64,000 nt of DNA from assembly GCA_022605425.2 (NCBI GenBank), contig CM061251.1:124001-188000 (forward strand), read 5' to 3'. This DNA is from Hamiltosporidium tvaerminnensis FI-OER-3-3 (taxonomy: Eukaryota > Fungi > Microsporidia). The position numbers and the translations under genes are program-made. The notes under the pieces were generated by a model. It had not been told where the DNA came from. It worked only from the letters and a program-made list of their open reading frames with translations, and ran no database searches. Below, piece by piece: positions 13,741-29,863 of the stretch. Position 1 is the stretch's first letter. Every line of letters begins with the position of its first letter.

Positions 13741-15374
13741 GATTTGGCTTAATAATTTAAATCTTCATATTATAAAATCATAAGCAAATTACTTTCAATT
13801 TTATTTTACTTTTGGCCCAAATCAGAAAAATTAAAAATTAGTAATTTATTTAAATGAACTGAAGCCTATAATTTAATTTAAAACATTCGAATTTTGCTTT
13901 CGTGTTCTAATCTTAATGGTTTGGTTAAAAACTTGTCTATTACTTTCATAAATAGATATTCAAATATTTTTTTACTTAAAAACATGCTTTTTTTTAAAAA
14001 TATGAAATTCTATTTATATTCTTGCCATTTGGTATTTAGTTTTTTTTATGGATAATATTTATATTGTCGAATAGGTTAGTAAATTGATTCATTATCAAAT
14101 TACTTTTAATGGTAATCGAATTAAAAGGTGTCTGCTTTTAAATGAAAAAAACATAATCTTCGTATTAAAATTATTGCCAAAATAGTTCCAGCTAACACTC
14201 AAGTTTCTCTAATACACTTAAGCCGAAGTTTTCTGTAATATCATCTGGTTTGAAAATACACTCTTCTGTAAAAAAAATTCCAAAATAGAAAAAACAAAAA
14301 AAATATTTAAATTTTAAAAAGAATGATTTGATTACTAACTTAGTCTTAAGTTTCCTCTTTGAATAAAATAAATAATCTAAAAGATTTCCTAGAGAGTTCG
14401 ATTAAAAAAATTTTGTATATCTTTTTTTTAATTTTTTTCTTTGGAATGATGAGAAAAGAGCGAAGAAATATTTGATATTGAGTTTGAATATTGCGTTTTA
14501 GTCTCTTACTATATCTTCCAACATATTTTCACATCGAGTCTTCTCTCGAACAAATCCATAAGATTCATCTTAAATTTCGCTCTTAAGATTTGTTTAATAG
14601 GTTGTCGCAATTTGAATGTTCAGTCCAAAATTACATTACAATTTCTAATTCATGTCAAAATTTTTTTAGAATTTTATAGAATTTATTGTGGTATTTATAA
14701 CATTAAAATATTTTTAGAATTTTTTTTTATTAGCGATCGTTATAAATCCAAAAAACGATAAATTAAATTATTTATTTCGCAAAATAAAGTATTTTATTTA
14801 TGTGTAACACTTTTAAATTATTCTTTTATATTTAGGAATCCTAAGAAATAAAATTTTCTAAGAAGACGTGAATTTGATTCAAATTATAAATCTTACATTC
14901 TACAATATATCTAAATTTATTTAATGAAATAGCTCCTTTAATTTTATAATTGTTAAACCAAAATATTGCAAAACAAATCATTTTTTTACAATTAAATTAA
15001 AAAGTCTGAACAAATTATTTGTGGATTGCACAATTAAATCAATTGGTATTTAGACCAGTCTTTTAATTACTTTTTTTAAACACATAAAAAAGAAAAAATC
15101 AGTAACAAATTATTTTTTTTCTTTAATTAATCATTTTTTTTTGTGAACCAATTATTGCAAATTCAATTAATAAAAATCATTAATGTATCAAATAAGGGGA
15201 ATTAATTTTTTATGCTGGTGCTTTAAATGGTATATTAGATTCTAAATAAGTATTATTTTTCTTAATATTTCCAATTATTGACAATTTTTTTTAACAAATG
15301 TGATGAAAGCATTTAACCAATTTTGTATAATTAATTAAATTCATAACTATTTATATGATTTAAATTGAATACCC

Positions 15375-17270
15375 ATGAATCTCGAATGGAAGAACGTCGA
15401 CATCGAACTGGTCAATAAAAATAAGAATGTTAAAGGTGAATATGTGCGTCTTATAAACAATTCAAGTGGAAATGTGAAAGCTGGTTCATTATGTGCTATA
15501 ATGGGGCCAAGCGGAAGTGGAAAAACGACACTATTAAAAGCGTTGACGGGAAGAATACCATCTGGCTCTAAAACCAGGGGCAAAATACTAGTAGATGGAA
15601 AACAAAGAAAATATGAGACATGGTCTAAGAATATTGGATATGTTGATCAAGATGATTGTATTTTTGAAAACTTAACCGTATTCGAGACTATTTCATATGC
15701 AGCTCAGTTTAGATTAAAAGATAAAAATATTGATATTAAAGAAAAAACCGAAAACCTGCTGGAAGAACTAGAAATTTCTGATATATCTGGTTCAAAAATG
15801 ATTAGTGTCTCTGGGGGTGAAAGAAAACGAGTAATGATTGCAATTGAGTTGGTAACAGATCCAAAAATTTTATTTTTAGATGAACCTACAAGCGGACTAG
15901 ATTCCTCTACCTCCTTCAACTTACTACGATTGCTGAAGGATTTATCAAAAAGCCATAATACGACGATCATTTTTACAATTCATCAGCCTTCAGTTGAGAT
16001 ATTTAACACATTTAATCAATTGATATTACTTTCTGATTCTCATACCGTGTATTCTGATGAAGCGCAAAAAGCGCAAGAGTATTTTGAATCATATGGTCTT
16101 AAAAAACGAGAGCTATCCACATTCCCAGATTTTCTTTCGGAAATATTAAAGGTCAAAAAAAAATATAAAGAATTACCGGAGAACCAAGCAATTATAGCTA
16201 AAATGGTGAATGATAATCAAAAAAACTTTTCGCAAACAGATGCTGGTAGTTTTTCGTCATCAAATACTCTCGCAGTTGAAATACGGCCTAGCCTTGGACA
16301 TATATATATCCTTTTTAAGAGACGATGTAAGTTGTATCTTACATTTAAGAAAATTTTTATCACATTATTGATTTTCGCAGCTTTGACGTTTATATATATT
16401 TATTTTAGCAAATTAATAATAGGAGAGGTGCCAATATTATTAGATGCAATTAAATTTATTTTGAGCGTAGCTAAGAAGGTGGATAATATGCCTATTTTAG
16501 AAACATCTAGCAGAGAATTGCTTGCAAAATTTGACATTATAAAAGACGTGTTAGGTTGTATCATCTGTGCAAGTTTTTTATCAATACTTTTTGGATATTA
16601 TATGATTCCATCGACTGGTGCCTTTGGTTATGAATATAACATAACAAAGAGAGAAATAGGTGTGGCAACATATTCTATTGGGTCTTATTATTCTTCCGTG
16701 TTTATTTTTGAATTTTTAATATATCTTCCACTATTAATATGTTCATCAATATGCGCTAAGATTTTCATTAGTGAGGCCATAAAATGGGAGACTTATTTTT
16801 TTATTCTAGGTGCCTTGATTGGATATTTGCCAACTATATTATTTTTTGGATCGTGCACCACTAGAACAAAGACGATTTATGCAGTTCTAAGCTGTCTTGC
16901 ATTCACTTGGGCGGTCCCAGGCTATTTTTTTGCGGTTTTGAACTTTGTCGCTATAAAAACAGAAAACATTTTAGCAAGAATAATTTTACTCTTGATATCT
17001 ATTTTTCCTCCTGTGCAATATAACTGTTTACTCATCGGAATTACCTACAAAATAAAATCAGCGGCCTGTAAAGGTTTACAGGCAGATTCGAAGTTAAAAA
17101 ATTCTTTTGACTTTTTTGCCAAAATGTTCTATTCGCTCATATTTGAGTCGTTGGAGGTATGGCAGGCTTGTCTCATTTTTATATTTTCAACCCTAGTATT
17201 TATCTCTATATCCATCTTAGCATTGGGTTTGAGACTTAAGCCTGAAATGAGATACAAGATTTCAAAATAA
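15375..17270 (+). CDS. ABCG (White-like) half-transporter, NBD-TMD order
   Basis: Walker A GPSGSGKTT, Q-loop GYVDQDD, signature VSGGERKR, Walker B ILFLDEPTSGLD, TIHQP motif, C-terminal TM domain; cccATG context. Confidence 0.95.
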   Translation: MNLEWKNVDIELVNKNKNVKGEYVRLINNSSGNVKAGSLCAIMGPSGSGKTTLLKALTGRIPSGSKTRGKILVDGKQRKYETWSKNIGYVDQDDCIFENLTVFETISYAAQFRLKDKNIDIKEKTENLLEELEISDISGSKMISVSGGERKRVMIAIELVTDPKILFLDEPTSGLDSSTSFNLLRLLKDLSKSHNTTIIFTIHQPSVEIFNTFNQLILLSDSHTVYSDEAQKAQEYFESYGLKKRELSTFPDFLSEILKVKKKYKELPENQAIIAKMVNDNQKNFSQTDAGSFSSSNTLAVEIRPSLGHIYILFKRRCKLYLTFKKIFITLLIFAALTFIYIYFSKLIIGEVPILLDAIKFILSVAKKVDNMPILETSSRELLAKFDIIKDVLGCIICASFLSILFGYYMIPSTGAFGYEYNITKREIGVATYSIGSYYSSVFIFEFLIYLPLLICSSICAKIFISEAIKWETYFFILGALIGYLPTILFFGSCTTRTKTIYAVLSCLAFTWAVPGYFFAVLNFVAIKTENILARIILLLISIFPPVQYNCLLIGITYKIKSAACKGLQADSKLKNSFDFFAKMFYSLIFESLEVWQACLIFIFSTLVFISISILALGLRLKPEMRYKISK

Positions 17271-17449
17271 AACTGGCTTCTTTTGATTTTTTTCATTTAA
17301 AAATCGTTTACATTTGACTCTTTCTTTTCTTTTAACTATGCTATTATTTATCTTTTATAAAGTTTATTTTATATTTATTTATAAAAAAATGTGAAGTTTT
17401 CTAGGTTTGTTAATTTAACATATTAGCAATTTTTTACATTTTATAAGCA

Positions 17450-18176
17450 CTTAGCTTAACCACCGCGCGTTGCTGCGAATATAAAAGAAAGAAATTTCAT
17501 CTACAATAAAAGTAAATCAACACAGAGGTTTATTAATTCGAATTGTATTTATTTATTCAAGTATATTTCGATATTAGGGTTTTGTTTTTTGTCTGGTGTC
17601 TATACGAAAAAAATCGGAAGGAATTCCCAAGAACAAAGTGACCAAAGAGAGTTTCCCTATGTGCAAAGCACGTTTTTACCAAATCTATTCTTCGCACCAT
17701 TAACATTTACTCTTGTACTTTGTTTATTGTCCTTGCAAGTTTGGTCGCAAAGAAACTTTAAAGTTTAAAAGACATGTCTTTTTGGATCGTTGAAATTCAT
17801 GGGAACAATAAATCCCCTCCTTTATAATATTTATATATTTTTAATCTTCTTTAATGGATTACATTCCTAAATAGCATCCTCTTTCTTATTACCTCCTATA
17901 TACCTATTATTAACAAACCGTTGACCTGAATATAAATTCAATAACACCCTTAAACATACTATGATTTTAATTAACACATTTTAAATTTATTCATTCATAT
18001 TAACACGTTTGATAAATATCTGATAAAAGAACCGCTTAGTTTATTTACCTTTAGGTGAAAACTTTCCCTTCTATTCGCAACAATATTCCTTTAAATGAAT
18101 AATAACAACCGTTATTTACTATTATTAAACATACACACATATACAGATATAAAGATACCTTCTTTTAATATATAGA
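17450..18176 (-). mobile_element. Non-autonomous Helitron with a Pif1-helicase C-terminal remnant
   Basis: The minus strand starts A|TCTATATATTAAAA, has a TGTATATGTGTGTATGTTT microsatellite, and ends with hairpin CGCAGCAACGCGCG then GCTAAG|T. The internal decayed peptide ARTINKVQE*ML..IDL..CFAH resembles the Helitron motif AMTINKSQGQTL..IDL..CFSHGQ. Confidence 0.8.
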
Positions 18177-19031
18177 TATATGATTTAAAGATAATTTAAC
18201 TTTTTAAAAGATGTTTTTCTCTTGGAACCTATACATAGTTATTTGAAACTTACTATTTTGATATTTAAGTTGGAATAAACAAAAATTTAGTTGATATAAA
18301 TTTTAGGGATCGCAGAATTATACCGCATATAGCAATTTAACGGCATTTATTTTTACTTAAAATTTACCGGCAGATATTAAAAACCAAAAATTGCTATTAA
18401 AAATTAAAATTTTTATTAAGTTTACATTTTTTAATTATAAATATATTTCTTAAAATTATAATATTAAATAAACGTGGTTTTTTTAAGCAAATAAGGAAAT
18501 AATAAATAAAAATCTTTTTATTTCGTACACTAATACCTTTTTTGAAAACCAAAATTTAAAATATCAAATCAAAATAATATATTCTTATAGGTTTATCTAT
18601 TTTTTGACTTATATATTCAATATATTATTACATTTTGTTTTGGAAATACTATTTGCTAGCTATGTAGATCACTTTATTCAAAATCAATTTAAGATCTACG
18701 ATTTAAAAAACCAATTTTTTTTAAAAATGGGATTTTTGTAAAATATTTATAAACAAGGACCTTAGAAGAGTTTTTTTTCATAGATCAGAAATCAATCAAA
18801 TAAAACTTTTTTTAATAATTCTTCTTATTTAGGAATAATATTTATCAGATTTTGAATGCCTAGGTTTTTAGAAGTTAAATTTTACCAAAGAAAGACGATA
18901 TTTCATATTTCAAATAGATAGAACGGCTAGATCGATATTAATTAGTAAATGGAAGATGACCTATATTATATATACTATCAATTAAATTGTTGTTTTGTCT
19001 TAATTCCTTCTAATCGATCTAGAAAGAAATA

Positions 19032-20780
19032 CTCCCTCTGTCCGGAAATATGGTATACATTTTAGCGATTTTTTTGTTCGGAAATATGGTATACATTTGC
19101 GAAAAAAATAAAATAAAAAATGTAAGGACAAGTTTATTATATTACCTTTATTTCGAATATTAAATAAATATTAATGTAAATATTAAATAAAATTTAAAAA
19201 AATATATATTAAAATTAGTAAGTTCACTCGAAATTTGATTTAGCTTTAACGTCTGCTTCTTTGGAACATACATATTTTTCTAGCAGTCGACCTTCGCGAC
19301 GAAGTTTTCCATTACTTAAAAGAGGTATTTTATAGCAATTTCCACCATCTGCTAGCATAATTGACTCCATACATGCTTGCAATGTTGTAAAAACGTTATC
19401 GAGAGTATTAGCTTCTAAGTGATGAAATGCATCTTGAACACAATTTATTAATTCGTCAATTGTGTGTGGCGAAGCTTGATGTTGCAGCGATTGTATGGAG
19501 TTGAAAAAACCTAAACCAAGAACATTTAAATCGGGGCTATTTGCCAGTTGCATATTAAATTTAATATTCCGGTCATCAGCAGAACCAAGAGCGACAATAT
19601 CTGCATCATTATCAGAAAAATGGGGTTTTGCATTGTTTTGTTGTACGTAAATTGTTTTCTTTTTGTATGCTTGCGGAAATTTAGATTTAATTACGGGAAT
19701 TACATTATCAATGATCATGTTTTTGCAATGACTGCTGTAACAGATTCCACATTTTTTTTATCATTGTCCCTTTAGCCCTATTCTTAGAATTTTTTTGAGC
19801 TGGTTCTTCATAAACAAATGGCCATATTCCAATTTTCCCATCAAAAAAAAGCTTTTGATGTGCATCATAGCGTGGTCGAGCTACTGCAGCCATGAACATT
19901 ATTTTCGTAATAAATGGCTTACTTTTGCAGTTTCTCTCCGGTTTTTCTTCGTTTAACATTTAGTAATAAGAGCGCTTAACTTTAGTTAGATAAAACCACT
20001 TTTCATCAATGTGAACGTAGTCGTACAAATCATCAAAAAGCAAATCTCAATTATTAACAAGATATACTTTAGACAAGCAAAATTTCAATCTGTCCATTTT
20101 ATTTTTATCTGTTAAAGTTGGTTTAACTCTAGAAGATATTCTCTTCATATACTTTCCCGACTTGAATATATCAAACAAAGTTTATTTTGGAATATCAATT
20201 GCAAAGTAAAGACTTGTGAGCGTTCCTCGACGATTTAATGGTGTTTTCTTATTTGCGCTAAATTGTTCGAATATTCTTTAGGTTTTTTTCCGCATCTTTT
20301 TTTCTTTTTTAAAGAAACATCGGCACATATCTTGCCCTTTCTGTATTGAGTTTGTGCTGCATGCCAAATTCTGTTTACAGTTAGCCGGAAAACTTGAAAG
20401 GCAGAAGAAATTTCGTTGATGGCACCGTATTTTAACTTATTCTCCTTCATCTGCTGTAATAATTTTTCTAAAATACCTTGACGTTGTTCTTTAGTTAATT
20501 GTTTATATTTTGAATCTCTTTTTTCTGAATTTAACAAATTTCCTTTCACATTTTCCATAATCGTCTTGCAGCGGTATTAATTTTTTTTACCTTAAGAAAC
20601 ACTGATGTTTGAGCGGTAACTTTTTAACTAAGAATGATATACTAAAGTTAAATATTTTAGGTTATATTGTCATGAATATTTACTATGACAATTTCATGAC
20701 GGTTGCCTATTTATTTTTTATATTCACGATAATCTATGGTTTTTTTTTGAAATGTATACCATATTTCCGGACAGAGGGAG
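19032..20780 (-). mobile_element. Full-length Tc1/mariner transposon, DD39D (plant mariner/Stowaway-type), defective
   Basis: Perfect 31-bp TIRs ctccctctgtccggaaatatggtatacattt (19032-19062; 20750-20780) and TA target duplication (19030-31, 20781-82). Length 1749 bp. Confidence 0.95.
19224..20558 (-). pseudogene. DD39D transposase pseudogene (frameshifts and stops)
   Basis: Motifs HIDEKWFY, KIMFMAAVARPR, FDGKIGIWPFV, QQNNAKPH (D>N) and NSPDLNVLGLGFF (D>G). 39 residues separate catalytic positions 2 and 3. Confidence 0.9.
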
Positions 20781-20899
20781 TAATATATATTTTTTTTGTT
20801 GAATTTTATCCTTTTTTATTTATTTCTTTACACCATAATTTCCTTAACAAAGAATTTACAAAAGTTTTTCACATTCTACCTCACTATTGGTTTCTTGGT

Positions 20900-21560
20900 T
20901 GCAGTAAATAATTTATGGAAAACAAAAAATTTCTTCGTTTTAAATATTTCCACTATTTTAACCGCATCATTCTCTTCTTCTGAATTTGACTCATTATTTA
21001 TCTATATTGTCAGTCTCTCTAGGATGATGCCTCTGTCTAAATTTAAAGTGTAATATTTTTTTTATTTAGTTGTTTAACACGGTTCCGTTTAATATTCACA
21101 TGTTTTAAAGGCGGGTATAGCTGTTCATACTTCATAGCTTTTTCAATAACAGTCCATGACACTCTTTCCCAACCCTTTTCTGCATGTAGTCCTGAGTTAG
21201 GGCACTCTTGGTCGATCATAAATAATTACTTCGACTGTCTCCTTGGGTACTATAGCTTGTATATATGCTTCTACATTCATGATTATTGTAGTCTTTTAAA
21301 ATATATCTTATAGTATTTTGTCAGATACAATTCCAAGGTTATGACATAAGAGAGTAAATCCATACCAAACTTATAAATAAAACCCCACTTCGTCGGCCAA
21401 AAAGTCGTAATTCTAAGTTTTTCGGTTTCAACGATCCAAGTGAATCCTTAAAGGTAATTCCTATTTCAATGAGTGTTATGGTATTTTTACTTTTATATTT
21501 GACACATTTCTTCAATTTATTATTCCGAATTTGAAATCAATGTTTTTCTGGTGTAGACTC
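20900..21560 (-). mobile_element. Decayed C-terminal restriction-like endonuclease region of a non-LTR retrotransposon
   Basis: Minus-strand fragments KNTITLIEIGIT, VETE, YDFLADEVG, MNVEAYIQAIV.KETVE, AEKGWERVS..V, PPLKHV. Confidence 0.7.
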
Positions 21561-24015
21561 TTATATCTGCATACTTATTCTCTATGACGGTTTTTAACTA
21601 TGTAACTCTTAAATTAATTTAATAAAATATATGATATTTTATTATACATGTAAGAATATTTAGTAGGGATAATTCAATTTTGCGTTCATGTTATATTTAG
21701 AATGTCTTTTGAGTTTATTGGTTATGTTTTTTTATAATTTACTAGCAGTAAATAAAGCTAATCAAAAAATATCTCAGTTCATTAGGCTTCAAAAAACCAA
21801 ATTAATATGTTTTCGAGCTTATAAATACAATGTTTCTAGTATATTTTTTTGATTCTAGGCTATTAAAAATATATGTACCAAAAATAAATAACAATCCGTA
21901 AGCTTATAATTCCTTGAATTCTTTTTAAAAAAACGTGTGATATTTGTTCAGGAATAAAACATTTAAAAATAAAATATCTTGCAATTGTAGAAAGAAGAAT
22001 AATTTTCATCATCTATCTATTAAAAATACAAGATGCGAATTCCTCAGATTTAAAAGAACCTAACATATATTTATCGGTTCTAGCCGCCATGTATTTTTTA
22101 GTCTTCTTCGCTTGGGTAGATATTTTTTAATTAAATTTAAATATTTGGCTTTGTTATATTTCTTAGTATTGATTATGACCGCGTTTATTATTGCAAATAT
22201 ATTAGCATATAATGAAAAATCCCAAATATTTTGGAGTCTGAATATTGAATTTACACCAATGGCCAAGGTTAGACACAGTTATTTCAGATTCTATTTTTTA
22301 AATCAAAGGTTAGGTTTGAGAGCGAATCAACGTTATCAAAAAAATGTTCGATGTAAAATAACGTCATTAAAATATCAAAATTCAGCCGAATAAATCGGGA
22401 TTATATATTTTTTACTGGACGAACCAAAAAACTTATTGCATTAATGCTGTGAAACGTAGAATAAAGATATTTGTACGAATATCTTAGTAAAATTAGATCA
22501 ATTAAACAAACCTTTTGAGGGACAAATTAGAGTTTTTTTAATATCAATTACTAGGTACTAGAAAATAAATTCATAATTTTTTAACTCTCATAACTCGATA
22601 TTTATTGATTATTCGTTTATAAAATTTATAGTAATAATAGGTTTTTTCATCTCAAATTAAATATTTTCTCTTCTCGTCTTGATTACAGACCGAAAATAAT
22701 AATATTTCTATCTAATCACAAATTAGATTAATTAAGAAGAATTTAAAAATTGCTTTTATCTATTGTCTCCTAAAACCCATATTTACTTTAATTTAGGAAT
22801 GAGTAGATAATTGTCAGAAAATAGAAATTTACTATTGAGAATTTTTATAATTTCTTACTTTAAGTCAACCAGGTTTGATTTCTTTTAAAAAAATTGATTA
22901 TGATTTATAATATGTTTACATAAACTCTATTTCGTGGTTAATTTTAGAAATAATTTTCTTTAGAAATGAAATAAGCATCTTAGGGTTAGAAACTCCATTT
23001 ACTAGAAATATAAAATATGAAAAAATATGTTTGACAAATTTAATCTTATCTAATACATTTTCTGATTTTTTTATAACAATATAAATTCTTAATAAATCTG
23101 AATATTTTGTTTTTTCCAGGTTTTTCACCATGAAAAATCGATAATATTTTTTAGTTTATGTTTTCACATATTTTAAAAAATATGGCATGAGTCCCATTGC
23201 TCTCGTAGCATAAACTGGTGCTAGAAAGATATATAACTTGTTTTACAATACTCTATTGGTAGCCCCTAAAATACCAGTATTCCCAACTCACTAATCTAAA
23301 AGAAATCTAGAACAATTTTTATCAACCAGACAGTAGTATTGTTTCGTAAATGTTGGATTTCTGGAAATATATTCCAGGTCGAACCCCTTGGACTTCTAAT
23401 ACCAGAAGCAATCCGAGTTACTTTACACTTTCCTGCCAAGTAGACTTCCAGCTAAGGATTCCGGCGACACAAATATGGTATAAAAAGAGATGGTGATACG
23501 CTATCAACAAGTTAACATTTTAATTGGCGTTTCCGGATTTATATAAGGTATTTTTCACATCGACCAGTGACTAAGTCTCTAAACCGATTGAAAAAGGCTA
23601 AGTCAAATTGCATTTACATTTAATCGCCTGTAACTCGACCAATGTTCTTATTTTACTGATATCAAAAGATACAAGGAGTCATAAGAAACGTTACATCTTT
23701 TTACTGACTCTCTTTCACTTATAAGAATTCTGATGAATCGACCGAAAATTTAGTTGGTTTTAATTTCACTCAAATTTAAACAATGGTTTCCAATTAATTT
23801 CACCCAAATTTAAACAATGGTTTTACATTGATTTCATGCATTATCCGCTTATTCTAACGCTTTTACGTAGATATTTTCCTGCCACCAATATTTTAAAAAA
23901 ATCGCTATATAACAAGATTTAATTTCACAGGTATACATATTATATAGTAAAAATACATAAAAAAATGAGTAATAATAAGAGTTAAATTGAATTCAAATAT
24001 ATTCTACATTTATTT

Positions 24016-24330
24016 TTAGTCATTTGGAAGTGGATGTATTTTACCATTACATTTAATTTTGGTAGAACATATATCATAAAGTGCTTTAGTTATTTTTCGA
24101 TGATTTCTTTTAATTATATCACTGTTTGCACCTTTCATATTTTGTGAATTGTCGTATTCGTAATCAGGAAATACACGATAATAAAATGTAGATATAGATC
24201 TTGGTATTCGCTTTGGAATACAAGAAAATATTGAACACTCTGTAGGTAAACCTAAATTTCTTGATACATTACGTGCATTTACCAATGTTGTTTTTACATT
24301 TAAAAGAACAAAATAAAATATCATAAACAT
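24016..24330 (-). CDS. Putative small secreted Cys-containing protein (104 aa)
   Basis: ATG start, hydrophobic N-terminus MFMIFYFVLLNVKTTLVNA, four Cys; no family recognised. Confidence 0.4.
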   Translation of the reverse strand: MFMIFYFVLLNVKTTLVNARNVSRNLGLPTECSIFSCIPKRIPRSISTFYYRVFPDYEYDNSQNMKGANSDIIKRNHRKITKALYDICSTKIKCNGKIHPLPND

Positions 24331-24399
24331 ATTTCATTGGTCAAAATTGAATTTTGTAATTATAATTTTCTAAATTAATTTATTTCTCGAATTGCCAAA

Positions 24400-25121
24400 C
24401 TTTATTTAAAGTATCACATCTTTTTAAAAACAGTGGAGTGTTATATTTTTTTTCATGACTTAATACAGTTCAAGGTTTAACATAAATAACTACTACCCCA
24501 ACACTCCATCGGTAACCCCTGCGATACCTACATCCCAAAGCCTTTCATCTACCAAGTGTGTAGAACCTGATTACTAGGCGAGGCAATTGCCCGGAATTCG
24601 TTAATGTGCGTTGCATGGAGTGTGATCGAAGGCCGAAGCCCCCCTGGGCATCCCAAGACTATGCAGCATTCCCACTTACTCTACACTTTCGGAACCCGAT
24701 AAACTTCTAGCTAAGATATATTCAAGAGACTTACATGGGTTCACTTAGACAGTGCAATGTCATACCAACAGGTATAAGCTGATACTTAGCTATCCCGGCT
24801 TTTAATGGGTTTTATTTTTAAATCTCCCAGGCGCCAAGTCTTCTAACCCGAGTGAGCAAGGCTAGTTTCCATGCTTTTACATGGCAATTACCTACATGTT
24901 CAGCTGCGGTCTGCAATCTGGTTACATAAAAAACTACAAATAAATTTGTAGAAAAAGTTTCGCTATTTCGTAGACTTTCTTCCCCTGCTATGAATCCCAT
25001 GGAACAACCGAAGGTGTAATGTTGTGGTTTTATTCCTACCAAAAATCCAAACAATGATCTCACATCAGTTTCACACACTCAATGCCAAGCAGAAAGTATT
25101 TTATGTGGTTATCCTCCCTCT
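24400..25121 (-). mobile_element. Family B copy 1: ~720-bp non-coding, hairpin-rich dispersed element
   Basis: Aligns end to end with 44596-45553 and more loosely with 62360-63063. GC-enriched with many stem-loops. The minus strand ends ...gatgtgatactttaaataaag. Confidence 0.8.
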
Positions 25122-25504
25122 ACTCAGATTCTAAAAATAAATTTATTCTAAAATAATTTGCACATTATCTTTTCAACATTTATTTAATAAAATTAATTTA
25201 ATTTATTTCTCGTGCTTGAAGAGAGTAAATAGAAATAAAAATTTGTTGAAATAAACTATTTTTAAATTTAAAATATAAACGAATGTAATTATCTAACTTT
25301 TAATTTTTTTATACTCGAAATTTACATCTTATTGATACCCATTATCTAATATTATAAGTTAAACTGTTAAACCAATTTTTTTCACAGGTTTAATAATTAA
25401 ATTTATTTTATGATTACTTAAATAGACAATTTCCGAATATTTATAATATAAATAATAAAAAATTAATATTACTAGACTCTTCTCACAAAATATACATTAA
25501 AAAT

Positions 25505-25721
25505 CTATTACATTTCTTATACCGTATCTCATTTTCATTTAAAATTTTTATTCACAATAAAATTATCTATTTTAAGCTATTACATTTCTTATACCGTATC
25601 TCATTTTCATTTAAAATTTTTATTCACAATAAAATTATCTATTTTAATCTATTACATTTCTTATATCGTATCTCATTTTCATTTAAAATTTTTATTCACA
25701 ATAAAATTATCTATTTTAAGC
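25505..25721. repeat. Tandem repeat, 3 x 72 bp
   Basis: ctattacatttcttata recurs at 25505, 25577 and 25649. Confidence 0.9.
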
Positions 25722-25936
25722 TTTACAAAATAATTCCTACATCTTTTTTTAAAAAAATATTTCTGTTTCTTTATATATTTACTATAATTTAAGATTTTTT
25801 GAGGTTTTGAATAAAAATTATTCTACTTCAAATTATAATTTCGTATAGAAAACGATCGCTTATATTGAATTATATTTTAAAATTATTTTAAACCAATTTT
25901 TTAAATACTTTACAATTAATATTTTACACTTTTAGT

Positions 25937-29640
<3,704 letters not shown>

Positions 29641-29697
29641 ACACTTTTAGTTAAAATTTTATTGTCATAAAAAAAGTAAGAAGTTTGCAATTTTTAT

Positions 29698-29863
29698 ATT
29701 TCTTAGAAGTAAAAAATATATGAAGAACATTAAAATATAAAATTATAAAATTTATTCTTTAAAAAACAAGTTTTTAATTATTTCTTAGAAGTAAAAAATA
29801 TATGAAGACCATTAAAATATAAAATTATAAAATTTATTCTTTAAAAAACAAGTTTTTAATTAT
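29698..29863. repeat. Tandem repeat, 2 x 82 bp
   Basis: tcttagaagtaaaaaatatatgaaga at 29701 and 29783. Confidence 0.9.

Noticed and set aside
23350-23445. Minus-strand A/B-box-like motifs (TGGCAGG...GGTTCGACC)
   Set aside because: No cloverleaf could be folded and no second copy is visible; at most a decayed SINE head.
24765-24802. Group II intron domain V-like hairpin (minus strand AAGCCGGGAT...ACCTGTT) and group I P7-like AGACTT/TAGTCT pair in family B
   Set aside because: The pairing is imperfect, lacks the AC bulge and is not preserved in copy 2; too weak to call an intron.
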